The notes below the pieces were generated by a model, which saw nothing but the letters and a program-made list of their open reading frames with translations, had not been told where the DNA came from and searched no databases. This document shows, piece after piece, positions 1 to 9,422 of a stretch of DNA of 64,000 nucleotides. Source of the DNA: a virus. The translations under genes and the position numbers were made by a program. The first letter of the stretch is position 1. Each line of letters begins with the position of its first letter. Location of the stretch: IMG/VR virus record IMGVR_UViG_3300017731_000001; one strand, written 5' to 3'.

Positions 1-7
1 TAATTTC

Positions 8-811
8 ATGGGTATTCCTCAGGAGTTTGCTCATACTCGTTTATATACTGATATTGACTTTACATTCTATGTTGATACGAATTATGTCAACCTAAAAATA
101 TTTGAATCATGGATGGACTACATTGCCGGGGGATCAGAAGCAGAAATATCGGAATTGAATGAGGACTATTATAGAAGGATGAGATATCCTGATACTTATA
201 AAGTTCAGACGATGTTCATCTCAAAGTTTGAAAGAGATTTCAACTCTCAAATAGATTATCAATTTATTAATGCGTTTCCAAAATTAGTCACCGCAATTCC
301 TGTATCGTATGGTGCGGCAGATTTACTAAAAGTTTCTGTTCAATTTACATATGACCGATACATTGTGAATCCCAGAGGATCTATTAGAAAATCAAACACA
401 AGTGGATTTAATGATATTGCTCGTGTGTCAAATGATACAACTGCTACTTCCACCACTCTTCCGTCAACTGGATCAGCAGCTGCCGATGAATACTTTAAGG
501 ATAATAGAAATAGTTTACTTAACGATCCACGCGGAATCCCCTTTGATTATGATCCAACCAGATTAGGATTTCAAAATATTGATATTCCATCAAAGAAAGT
601 ATTAGAAAGAAAACCTGAATCCGGCGCACAGGTGACATCATTACAAGTAACGCCACATCAAGCACCGGCAATAACACCAGAACAACAACGAGGACTAGAT
701 GCAGCATCAACAGAAAGCACTAGAACAGGATATGTTGATCCATATAAACAGATGCGAAAAAATCAGGCAGATAGAGAAAAATTTAAAAATCGCCCCGATT
801 TATTCTTTTAA
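8..811 (+). CDS. Tail-tube-fold baseplate/tail tube initiator (gp54-like); frame is open to the window edge, so probably 5'-truncated
   Basis: gp19/gp54-type motifs (FTFYVD...FESWMDYI; FINAFPK...LKVSVQFTY); lies directly upstream of gp26. Confidence 0.7.
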   Translation: MGIPQEFAHTRLYTDIDFTFYVDTNYVNLKIFESWMDYIAGGSEAEISELNEDYYRRMRYPDTYKVQTMFISKFERDFNSQIDYQFINAFPKLVTAIPVSYGAADLLKVSVQFTYDRYIVNPRGSIRKSNTSGFNDIARVSNDTTATSTTLPSTGSAAADEYFKDNRNSLLNDPRGIPFDYDPTRLGFQNIDIPSKKVLERKPESGAQVTSLQVTPHQAPAITPEQQRGLDAASTESTRTGYVDPYKQMRKNQADREKFKNRPDLFF

Positions 812-817
812 ATTGCC

Positions 818-825
818 TATAAATA
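818..825 (+). promoter_or_regulatory. T4-type late promoter TATAAATA
   Basis: Exact consensus shortly upstream of the gp26 ATG at 854. Confidence 0.8.
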
Positions 826-853
826 AAATTACTGAAGTGTTATTACAATTACC

Positions 854-1576
854 ATGCCTTTACCCAAGATTAATACACCGACCTATGAGTTGGTGTTGCC
901 TTCTACCGGAAAGAAGATTAAATATAGACCCTTCCTTGTAAGAGAAGAAAAAATTCTTATTATGGCAATGGAATCTGAGGACATGAATCAGATTACCAGT
1001 GCAATCATTCAAATTATTAGTGATTGTCTTCTTGCCAAAGATATCAAGGTAGAATCTTTGGCAACTTTTGATATGGAATATTTGTTTTTGAATATTCGTG
1101 CAAAGTCTGTTGGTGAGACTGTAGAAGTCAATGTGACTTGTCCTGATGATAATGAAACTCAGGTTGAGATGTCTATCAATATTGATGACATCAAAGTTAA
1201 AAAGACCAGAGGACATAAGAACATCGTTAAACTTGATGACGAACTTTCAATGAAACTTAAGTATCCATCACTGGATCAGTTTATTGAAAATAATTTTGAC
1301 ACCGGGCAGACAAATAATGATATCTCCCAATCCCTTTCAATGATTACTTCATGTATTGAAATGGTCTATAATCAAGAAGAAAGTTGGGAAGCAAAAGACT
1401 GCTCTCAGAAAGAACTCAGTGAGTTTGTAGAGCAAATGAATACAAAACAATTTAAGCAAATTGAAAAGTTCTTTACTACAATGCCTAAACTATCACATGA
1501 GATTGCAGTGAAAAATCCAAATACTGGTGTTGAATCTGAAGTAGTTCTTGAGGGATTAGCATCTTTTTTCAGTTAG
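854..1576 (+). CDS. gp26: Baseplate hub assembly protein gp26
   Basis: N-terminus MPLPKINTPTYEL...KIKYRPFLVREEKIL, IRAKSVGE..V.CP motif and C-terminal LEGLASFF, all typical of T4-like gp26. Confidence 0.9.
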   Translation: MPLPKINTPTYELVLPSTGKKIKYRPFLVREEKILIMAMESEDMNQITSAIIQIISDCLLAKDIKVESLATFDMEYLFLNIRAKSVGETVEVNVTCPDDNETQVEMSINIDDIKVKKTRGHKNIVKLDDELSMKLKYPSLDQFIENNFDTGQTNNDISQSLSMITSCIEMVYNQEESWEAKDCSQKELSEFVEQMNTKQFKQIEKFFTTMPKLSHEIAVKNPNTGVESEVVLEGLASFFS

Positions 1577-1607
1577 GTATGTCTCATACGAATCTTGAGT
1601 CATACTT
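1564..1607 (+). other. Putative -1 programmed frameshift signal (T TTT TTC plus downstream hairpin) linking gp26 to gp51
   Basis: Slippery heptamer 1564-1570 is correctly phased; the -1 frame reads TTT CAG TTA GGT ATG into gp51; hairpin arms 1577-1586/1596-1605. Confidence 0.5.
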
Positions 1608-1758
1608 TAAGATAAATTTTGCTTTGATTCAGCATCATAAATACTCTTTAACAGAGATTGAAAATATGATTCCTTGGGAGAAGGATATCTATCTAACACT
1701 ACTTCAGCAATATATTGAAGAAGAAAATCTAAAGGCACAACAAAATAGTGGAAACTAA
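1579..1758 (+). CDS. gp51: Baseplate hub assembly catalyst gp51 (59 aa, not in ORF track)
   Basis: Hand translation MSHTNLESYFKINFALIQHHKYSLTEIENMIPWEKDIYLTLLQQYIEEENLKAQQNSGN; YSLTEIENMIPWE is the gp51 signature. Confidence 0.9.
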   Translation: MSHTNLESYFKINFALIQHHKYSLTEIENMIPWEKDIYLTLLQQYIEEENLKAQQNSGN

Positions 1759-3388
1759 CTTAGGGCAACAAACACCAAAACTAAATGTCACGAATATCTC
1801 ATCGGCAGTGTTCGGAAAAGAAGAAGGTGCTGCTTTAGGTGGGGAAAGTAGTATTGGAAAACTTGCAAGAATTTTAAGAACCACTCGTCTTAAAGTAAAT
1901 GAAGTTGAAAAAAGTATTACTGGAATATCTGCAAAATTTCTTGAAATAGAAAAAAGAATTACATTAAACCCTGAGAATATAACAGGTAATATAAAAAAAA
2001 CCGAAACAAACGCTGAAAAAATTACAAGACTCAAAAATATAATTCAAAATCAAAAAAGTAATATAGGAGAAAAATTACCCGGAAGCACCGAAGAAAAAGA
2101 AAAGGCAAAGTTAAATACAACACTGACAGAAACCAATAGAATTCTTGTAGAGATTCAGAAGCAACTTGCTTATGACTTTGCCATGAGAGTGGCAGAGGAT
2201 AAACAAGAGGTAGCAGAGGATAAGGAAGCAACATCTAAGGAAAGATTTAAGAGAGAAGAAAGTGCTCTAGAAAAATCTGCAAAAGCCATGGTCTCCACAG
2301 TTAAAACCGCAACCAAGAAAGTTGTTTCTCCGATTGGAAATATCTTCCAAAAACTACTAGCATTCATAGGAATTCTTGGTAAAGGTATAGCACTTAATGC
2401 TGCTTTTGAGTGGTTCAAAGATCCAAAAAATCGGGAAAAAATAACTAAGTTCTTTAATATTTTAAAGCAAAACTGGAAGTTGCTGCGAAATATATTATTG
2501 ACCGTAGTTGCTGCCGGAATAATAGTAAAAGTAGTAAGTGCTCTTACAGCATTAGGAGGTGTTCTTGCATTTTTAGCTTCTCCTATTGTATTAAAAGTTT
2601 TGGCGGCAATTGCTGCTGGCGTAGTAGCTTATAAAGCTGGAAAATTCCTAGTAGATGGGATTAGAAATTTAGCAGATGGAGGCGAAAATTTTACTAAAGC
2701 ATACGATCAATTAAATCAGCAATTAGAAGATGCTGGTATGACTTCGGCAGGTGTGAGTAAAAACAGAAGTCGTCAAGGGAATCGTAGATCCAGTAGTATA
2801 GGTGGTAGAAATGAGGAACAAGAAAAAGTATTTAAAGAAGTTTCGGGAAAAAGAGATAAATTGAAAGAATTAAGAAAGACTATGGATTCCGAAGTAAAAA
2901 CAAAACAAGGAGAAATAGATTATACAAAGTTGGGAGATAAACCTGGAACCGTGGGAGCAATGGGAAGTGGAACTGGATCTAATAAAAGTGCCGCACAAGC
3001 AAAAGTTAAAGCAGAAGTTGAAGAATCATACATTCCAAAAATTCAATCTATAATCGCTCCCGGTGGGATAGAAGGAAGAGCAATGGGTGGTCCTGTAACA
3101 GCAAAATCTCCATATCTCGTGGGAGAAGCTGGACCAGAAATCTTTACTCCAAATGTTGATGGTTCTGTAATTAATAATATGAGAACAGAAAAAATATATC
3201 AAATGCTTGCATCTGGAAAAAAAGGTAGGACGAGAATTGTAGAGTTGCCACCACAAACAATTGAAGGACCAAAACCAGAGATTAAAATGCCAAGAGGTCC
3301 GGCAACCAAGGCACCCAAAATTTCCAGTTCTAATTCTTTAGATGGTTATAGAAGTGTGAGTTCTGGAATTTACGGTATAATGGTGTAG
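1748..3388 (+). CDS. Tape-measure-like / baseplate hub protein
   Basis: Long coiled coil, hydrophobic segments, and C-terminal GGPV...YLVGEAGPEIFTP motif as in phage tape-measure proteins; follows gp26/gp51. Confidence 0.6.
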   Translation: METNLGQQTPKLNVTNISSAVFGKEEGAALGGESSIGKLARILRTTRLKVNEVEKSITGISAKFLEIEKRITLNPENITGNIKKTETNAEKITRLKNIIQNQKSNIGEKLPGSTEEKEKAKLNTTLTETNRILVEIQKQLAYDFAMRVAEDKQEVAEDKEATSKERFKREESALEKSAKAMVSTVKTATKKVVSPIGNIFQKLLAFIGILGKGIALNAAFEWFKDPKNREKITKFFNILKQNWKLLRNILLTVVAAGIIVKVVSALTALGGVLAFLASPIVLKVLAAIAAGVVAYKAGKFLVDGIRNLADGGENFTKAYDQLNQQLEDAGMTSAGVSKNRSRQGNRRSSSIGGRNEEQEKVFKEVSGKRDKLKELRKTMDSEVKTKQGEIDYTKLGDKPGTVGAMGSGTGSNKSAAQAKVKAEVEESYIPKIQSIIAPGGIEGRAMGGPVTAKSPYLVGEAGPEIFTPNVDGSVINNMRTEKIYQMLASGKKGRTRIVELPPQTIEGPKPEIKMPRGPATKAPKISSSNSLDGYRSVSSGIYGIMV

Positions 3389-3392
3389 TATC

Positions 3393-5045
3393 ATGCCTTT
3401 ACCTTTATTAGGAGCAGGAATAGGAAAAGCACTAGTTGTGGGGACGGCAAAAGCAGCTGTCGTAGGAGCAAAAGTTGGTGCTAAGGCAGCAGTTTCTTCG
3501 GGTAAGTTTTTTGCAAAGGGTGGTGCCAGTCTTGCTCGCGGTAGTGCCAGTCTTGCTCGCGGTGGTGCTAGAGTCGCAAGACAAGGTGGTAGGCAAGTTG
3601 TAAAAGGAGCAAAATTTTTCAAAAAGAAAGTTGGCGGTGTAAAAAGAAAAGGTGGTGAGATTTCTAAAAAACTCAAAGAAAATGCAACCAATCTTAGAGA
3701 TTCTCTTAAAAAGGGAAACAAAAATCAAGAAAAGTTGAGAGTAAAAAGAGTAGAAAGAAAGAAAAAGAAAGCAAGTATTGAAAAGAAACGAGAAAAAGAA
3801 AAAGAGTTAGAGTCAAAAAAATCAACCTCTGGATCAAAAAATATTTTATCGGGTTTGGCAAAATCTCCGTTGAGTATTTTTAATAAATTATTTGCCTTTG
3901 GTGGATTATTACTTGGTGGTATTCTTATCAATGCCACAAAGGGTCTTATAGACAAAGGCAAAAAGTTCATGGAAGACAATAAAGAACTTTTTGACACCAT
4001 TGGAAACTTTCTCAGTGGTATAAAAGATGCTGCTGTTGGATTTTTTGATTCTATCACCGGTCCAGAATCAGAAAAGGGTGCCTTTGATGATTTTGCTAAA
4101 TTTGATGATTTGGGAAATTTGGAAAGTGGCAAACTTAAAGATGTAGAAAATATTTACAATGGTTTTGGTGAATTAATTAATAAAATTGATAAAGCAATGG
4201 GTGGAGAAGGAACTGCAGGAAATGCTCTTATAGCTGATAAAAAAGTTCTTGCAGAAAAAGGTGGTAAAGAAGGAGTTCTTAATCAGACTACTGACGAATT
4301 TCAGGAAATGAAATTTACTAAGGAGCAAAGACAAAGATATGAACAAACTAAATCTGGTGTTAAACCAGACACAGTTACTGAAGACAAACCAGATGTTCCC
4401 TTAGAAATGAAAAAAGGGCATTATTATTTTCCTTTACCTAATGGACAGTTCAGTGGAGAGTCTGGGCAATATTATGGTGCAGGGAGATCTTATGGTGGTC
4501 ATGCCGGAATTGATCTAACAGAATCTCCACCATTTGGATCTAAAGCAAATATAGATGTTGTTGCAATGGTAGGTGGAAAAGTTATAGGTGATAAGTATCT
4601 TGCCGGAAAAAAATATATGTCCGGAATGATGATAAAAGGAAACGATGGGTATGATCAGAGATATCTTCATATGACTCCCATGGTATCAATTGGAGATTCT
4701 GTAAAAGCAGGTCAAAAAATTGGTGAGTTAGTTGATATGACAAATGTGACTGGTAATATTGATGAAACACATTTACATTTTGAAGTATATAAAAGGGGTC
4801 AAGGTGGACACTTAAGTCCTCATAAAGCATATCCACAATTTTTTGGAGCACCAAGATCTGCTCCCAAATCTCTTGACACCAGAGAAAAGGCAAGTGGCGG
4901 AAGAGTTTTTAGATCTATTGAAAATTCTAAAAAAGATATGATGACGAGTTTAATTAATCAACCAATGGATGATGAAGGAGGAGAAACCATCTTCATTCAA
5001 CGTGTAAATAATATACAATATATTCCAATCCCAGTAACAGCATAA
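3393..5045 (+). CDS. Tape-measure-like virion protein with M23 peptidase (peptidoglycan hydrolase) domain
   Basis: HAGID (HxxxD), RYLH, VKAGQKIG and HLHFE (HxH) M23 motifs; basic coiled-coil N-terminus plus hydrophobic segment. Confidence 0.8.
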   Translation: MPLPLLGAGIGKALVVGTAKAAVVGAKVGAKAAVSSGKFFAKGGASLARGSASLARGGARVARQGGRQVVKGAKFFKKKVGGVKRKGGEISKKLKENATNLRDSLKKGNKNQEKLRVKRVERKKKKASIEKKREKEKELESKKSTSGSKNILSGLAKSPLSIFNKLFAFGGLLLGGILINATKGLIDKGKKFMEDNKELFDTIGNFLSGIKDAAVGFFDSITGPESEKGAFDDFAKFDDLGNLESGKLKDVENIYNGFGELINKIDKAMGGEGTAGNALIADKKVLAEKGGKEGVLNQTTDEFQEMKFTKEQRQRYEQTKSGVKPDTVTEDKPDVPLEMKKGHYYFPLPNGQFSGESGQYYGAGRSYGGHAGIDLTESPPFGSKANIDVVAMVGGKVIGDKYLAGKKYMSGMMIKGNDGYDQRYLHMTPMVSIGDSVKAGQKIGELVDMTNVTGNIDETHLHFEVYKRGQGGHLSPHKAYPQFFGAPRSAPKSLDTREKASGGRVFRSIENSKKDMMTSLINQPMDDEGGETIFIQRVNNIQYIPIPVTA

Positions 5046-5051
5046 TTTAAT

Positions 5052-6338
5052 ATGTCAAAGGCATCTGCAGCATCAAAATATGAAATCATGGTCATCTCCA
5101 AGAAAGGAACAGAAGTTCGTTTGGAGGGAAAAACAGTTGCCTTTGATTATTATGAAAGTATATTATCACCTAATGTAAGTGCAACAATGGCAGTTGTGGA
5201 TACTGGCGGTTCAGTAGCATATACAAAAGATTATGATAAGCAGGAAAGATTAGGTTCAATTTATAATGCACTTCCTATTACTGGGAGAGAAGAATTAAAA
5301 TTTAAAATTCGTTCTACATTAGGTCTACTAGATTTTTCTAGAAAACCATTATTTGTGAATGCTGCAGTAAATCCAGATCAAAATTCTCAGAGAGAATCAA
5401 TTATGCTGAGTCTTTTTTCTGAGGGAGCAAAACTCAATTCAGAATCCACTGTAATGAGAAAATACCAGGGTAATATTGGCGACTCTGTTAAAACCCTTAT
5501 TAATCAATTTTTAACAGGTAAAAGTGATAGAGTCAAAATTAATCATATCCAGAATACTGCAAATGCATATAGTTTTATCGGAAATAGTAAATCTGTTTTT
5601 GAAATATGTTGCAATCTCGGATCAAAATCTACTGCCGCAAAAGATAGTGCCGGGTTCCTTTTCTTTGAAACACAGGATGGATTTAATTTCAAATCAATTG
5701 ATAGTTTAGTTTCTAAATCAGTATCTGCGAGATATTATAGATCAGAAGTGTTGCGAGAAAATATGAATAGTCCTGAAAACGATTTTAAAATTTTATCATG
5801 CATTGTCAGAAAAAATCAAAATGTTCTGAATGCTTTAAATGCAGGAGTTTTCTTTTCTAGAAACATTTATTTTAATCCAAAAACTTTTGAAGAAACAGAG
5901 AATACATATCAATTTACTGATGGCAAATTAGTAAAATCATTAGGTAAATCCGCAGAAGCACCTGATGTGAATGCATATACTAAAACAAATTATAATATTT
6001 TAGATATCGGCACACTTGAACCAACTGTTAAAGGTGGTGATAATAATGATCCCAACGATTATCAGGCGCAGGCAGCAATGAGATATAATATATTATTCAG
6101 TCAATTAGTTGATATTCAAGTTCCCTGCAACCCGAATCTAAGGGCAGGAGATACAATTAGATGTGAATTTGAAATGATTACACAATCTAAAATAGAACAA
6201 GGATCTATGGACCCTGTTCAAAGTGGTAAATACTTAATAGTTGATTTATGCCATCATTATGAACCAACAAGGTCTATTACATCATTAACACTGGCTCGTG
6301 ATAGTTACGGTCTATATACGGAGAAAAATAAATCATGA
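5052..6338 (+). CDS. Baseplate hub protein (gp27/gp44-like)
   Basis: FDYYESILSP, FFETQDGFNFKSIDSL, and LRAGD...SGKYLIVDLCH motifs; sits just before gp5. Confidence 0.65.
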   Translation: MSKASAASKYEIMVISKKGTEVRLEGKTVAFDYYESILSPNVSATMAVVDTGGSVAYTKDYDKQERLGSIYNALPITGREELKFKIRSTLGLLDFSRKPLFVNAAVNPDQNSQRESIMLSLFSEGAKLNSESTVMRKYQGNIGDSVKTLINQFLTGKSDRVKINHIQNTANAYSFIGNSKSVFEICCNLGSKSTAAKDSAGFLFFETQDGFNFKSIDSLVSKSVSARYYRSEVLRENMNSPENDFKILSCIVRKNQNVLNALNAGVFFSRNIYFNPKTFEETENTYQFTDGKLVKSLGKSAEAPDVNAYTKTNYNILDIGTLEPTVKGGDNNDPNDYQAQAAMRYNILFSQLVDIQVPCNPNLRAGDTIRCEFEMITQSKIEQGSMDPVQSGKYLIVDLCHHYEPTRSITSLTLARDSYGLYTEKNKS

Positions 6339-6889
6339 AAAGCGCAACATTACCAGACGGTTTTTTCCTAGGACAAGTCCCACCTAATTGGACTGAATAT
6401 CTTCAAAATGGAACATGGAGTGATGCACATAACAATAGAGTAAAAGTTAGAATACCAGGAAAACATTCCAAAGGACCTGAAATTCTTGATAAGGATTTGC
6501 CATGGGCTATTGTATCTCAATCAACTTCTGCTGGAAATCGTAATGGAGCATCAACCGGACTATCAGGTGGTGAATGGGTTATAGGATTTTATCTTGATGA
6601 AGATGAGCAACTTCCAGTCATCATGCAGGTATTGGGAAAAAATGAAGTATCGGGGGCAAAGATAAAAGCATCAGAAAATGGCACGACACAATTCAGAGAT
6701 ACTTCTAGATTTTCTAGTTTCATTGCACCAGCAACAATGTTGAGTGGTGGACCAAAACCAAAAGCACCTGCTGTTCCATCCATAGAAGACATTAAGAAAG
6801 GAACACAGAGTCCACCACCACCTCCGGCACCAGAACCACCTATTGTGGCACCAGCATTTGCACCAGTTAATCCCAACGACGTAGCATGA
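6335..6889 (+). CDS. gp5-like baseplate spike N-terminal OB-fold protein with Pro-rich tail
   Basis: RVKVRIPGKH...LPWA...GEWVIGFYLD...P.IM is the gp5/VgrG OB-fold pattern. Confidence 0.75.
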   Translation: MKSATLPDGFFLGQVPPNWTEYLQNGTWSDAHNNRVKVRIPGKHSKGPEILDKDLPWAIVSQSTSAGNRNGASTGLSGGEWVIGFYLDEDEQLPVIMQVLGKNEVSGAKIKASENGTTQFRDTSRFSSFIAPATMLSGGPKPKAPAVPSIEDIKKGTQSPPPPPAPEPPIVAPAFAPVNPNDVA

Positions 6890-6908
6890 CTTTCATTACT
6901 ACATGGAC

Positions 6909-6916
6909 TATAAATA
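6909..6916 (+). promoter_or_regulatory. T4-type late promoter TATAAATA (followed by SD AAGGAGG)
   Basis: Exact consensus in the intergenic gap before 6942. Confidence 0.75.
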
Positions 6917-6941
6917 CGAGCATAAGGAGGTAAAATCATAG

Positions 6942-9410
6942 ATGTCAATACCAACAGCAGATCAACAGGCAGTTGCACGAAAAGAAAAAATAGAAATATC
7001 CAATCCCAAAGAGTTGAGTCAAGAAGCACTTAGGAGTGTAAATGCAATTAATGCTCAAGTAGATGTTGTTAATAAGTTAATAAAAGATAATGAAGGAACT
7101 GCCTATGCTCAGTGGAGTGATGAACTAAAAGCAGAATATAATAATGAACTCAACAAATTAGCAGAACTAGATGAAAAATTAAAAGAACTTGCATCCGATA
7201 ATGATTCTGCTAATTGTTTGGCAAGAGAAACTATAGGCAAATCATGGAGTCTTCCAGAAGCTCCTGACTGCACAACATTCAGAAAGACTGAGGCATATCA
7301 AAAAGCACTTAGTCTTTTAAACTCCCCAGTAGATTTACCAGATCCATGTGGGAAAAGTGATCTATCCAAAATTAATACTGCATTATTAAAATTTTTCAAT
7401 GATCTTAAAGCAATAAGAAAATTTGGAGACACCTATATTAATAGTTCATTTAATGAAATATACAGGGTTACAAATTTAGTTAGAAATACGGCATCAATAA
7501 TTGGTGCTGTTATGAAGGGATTGATGCAAAATCTTCGCAACTGGTTACTAGACAAAATTAGGACAGGAATTCAAGAACTGATTGATAATCTATTTCCGAC
7601 TCTTGCCAAACAATTTAAGAATACAATAATTGGACAAATTATTGACAACATTCTATGCATATTTAAAGATATAATAAAAAATCTTCGCAATCTCGTTGGA
7701 GATTTCTTATTTGAACTTATTGGTAAAGTTGTAAATGCTCCTCTTTGTGCGGTTCAACAATTTACAAATGGATTAATTAACAACGTTGTTGCCAAAGTAG
7801 ATGAAGCACTGGGACCAATACTGGATAGCATTAGTGATCTTCTAGGTGGTGTTGGCAAAATTGCAGGATCAGCATTTGAGGCACTTGATTTTATTCTTGG
7901 ATTTGAAGCATATCTTTGCCAAAAACCAAATTGCCCCGAAATTAAATCAACAGTATTAGGACCATGGGCAAACTCCCCCAACAAACCTTTTGGAGATGGG
8001 TTTGATAATTTTATTGACAATGCCGAAGAAGATTTCTCAGAGGAGGGAATACAAAAATATGTAAATGGTCTTTCTATTTTTGGTGGCACACTAGGAGACT
8101 TGGCAGATGCTCCTGCAACAGCATTCCCATGTGATACAAATCCATTCCAATGTGGTCCGCCTAGTGTTGAAATTTTTGGTGGCGGTGGTATTGGTGCCGT
8201 TGGAAAGGCAGTTATTAATGATCTCGGACAAATTTATGGTATCAACATGGAAAATGGAGGTTCTGGATATTCAAAACCTCCATTTGTAAGTATTATTGAC
8301 CCGTGTAATAATGGTAATTATGCTTCTGGATATGCAGTGATTGATTATGAAACTGGACAAGTTATTGATATTCCAATAATTAATCATGGAAATGGATATC
8401 CAAATGCACCAACTGGTCGTGATGAATTTGGCAATTCGGTAGATTCAACATCGCCTGGTGTTGGAACTCCTGGTGGTATAACTCCCGGAACTCCTGGTGG
8501 TATAACTCCCGGAACTCCTGGTGGTATAACTCCTGGAACTCCTGGTGGTATAACTCCTGAAACTCCTGGTGGTATAACTCCCGGTGATGGAACTCCCGGT
8601 GATGGAACTCCCGGTGATGGAACTCCCGGTGATGGAACTCCCGGAACTCCTGGTGGTATAACTCCTGGTGGTGGAGTTAATGATTATATTGTTTGTTTAG
8701 AAGGATTTGATATTATTTCAACAGGAATTGGATATTCTCAATTGGATAAAATGATAATTACACCAGATCTCCCCAATTTAGAGGCATCTGTGAGAATGAC
8801 AGAGGCAGGTCAAATTATAAGTATAACCCTGGCAGAAAGAGTTTGTGGTCTCACTGATATTCCAACTATCCTAATAGAGAGTTTAACAGGAGAGGGTGCT
8901 AAGATTAAACCAAAATTCTCCTTTATCAAAATTACTGATGATATTGAAGAAGAATTGCCACCACAAACAATTATTCCTATTGATAGAACAACTGCTAGCG
9001 ATGAAAGTATTGCCGTTCTTGCACAAAGAAATGTTGTTCGTGTAATTGATTGTGTTGGTAATACACCTCCTATCGTTGGATATGTTAATGGTAGACCATA
9101 TTCTGGTCCGTTCCATGTTCATCCATCTACTGGTGTGAAGATGGTTGGTGCCTTCCACATTTCGGGATATCATGATACAATTTATGATACTGCTCAAGAG
9201 AGCTTAAATAGAACGAAACCATCTGCTCAATATTCCAGCACATCTACGCCTACATCCACACCATCAACCCCCGCATCATCAACTCCTGCTCCGAGACCCA
9301 CTCCAAGTCCTTCTCCTGCACCATCTCCTGCTCCGAGACCCACCCCAAGTCCTTCTCCCTCTCCCTCTCCACCACCCTCCGGAGGAGGTGGATATGGTGG
9401 TGGATATTAA
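6942..9410 (+). CDS. Baseplate/virion structural protein (resembles the central/C-terminal part of cyanophage gp5-annotated proteins); Gly/Pro repeats and Pro/Ser tail
   Basis: Helical N-terminal half, GGSGY/GNGY Ig-like repeats, tandem GTPGGITP/GTPGD, C-terminal PSPSPPPSGGGGYGGGY. Confidence 0.6.
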   Translation: MSIPTADQQAVARKEKIEISNPKELSQEALRSVNAINAQVDVVNKLIKDNEGTAYAQWSDELKAEYNNELNKLAELDEKLKELASDNDSANCLARETIGKSWSLPEAPDCTTFRKTEAYQKALSLLNSPVDLPDPCGKSDLSKINTALLKFFNDLKAIRKFGDTYINSSFNEIYRVTNLVRNTASIIGAVMKGLMQNLRNWLLDKIRTGIQELIDNLFPTLAKQFKNTIIGQIIDNILCIFKDIIKNLRNLVGDFLFELIGKVVNAPLCAVQQFTNGLINNVVAKVDEALGPILDSISDLLGGVGKIAGSAFEALDFILGFEAYLCQKPNCPEIKSTVLGPWANSPNKPFGDGFDNFIDNAEEDFSEEGIQKYVNGLSIFGGTLGDLADAPATAFPCDTNPFQCGPPSVEIFGGGGIGAVGKAVINDLGQIYGINMENGGSGYSKPPFVSIIDPCNNGNYASGYAVIDYETGQVIDIPIINHGNGYPNAPTGRDEFGNSVDSTSPGVGTPGGITPGTPGGITPGTPGGITPGTPGGITPETPGGITPGDGTPGDGTPGDGTPGDGTPGTPGGITPGGGVNDYIVCLEGFDIISTGIGYSQLDKMIITPDLPNLEASVRMTEAGQIISITLAERVCGLTDIPTILIESLTGEGAKIKPKFSFIKITDDIEEELPPQTIIPIDRTTASDESIAVLAQRNVVRVIDCVGNTPPIVGYVNGRPYSGPFHVHPSTGVKMVGAFHISGYHDTIYDTAQESLNRTKPSAQYSSTSTPTSTPSTPASSTPAPRPTPSPSPAPSPAPRPTPSPSPSPSPPPSGGGGYGGGY
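8463..8672 (+). repeat. In-frame tandem repeats: 24-bp units (GTPGGITP) and 15-bp units (GTPGD)
   Basis: ggaactcctggtggtataactcc(c/t) five times in tandem, then ggaactcccggtgat units, then one more 24-bp unit. Confidence 0.95.
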
Positions 9411-9422
9411 ATATAAAACATT

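Noticed and set aside
3522-3563. GTGCCAGT half-sites in the M23 gene as copies of the promoter palindrome
   Set aside because: They belong to a 21-bp coding duplication (GASLARG/SASLARG) with no right half-site or -10 box.
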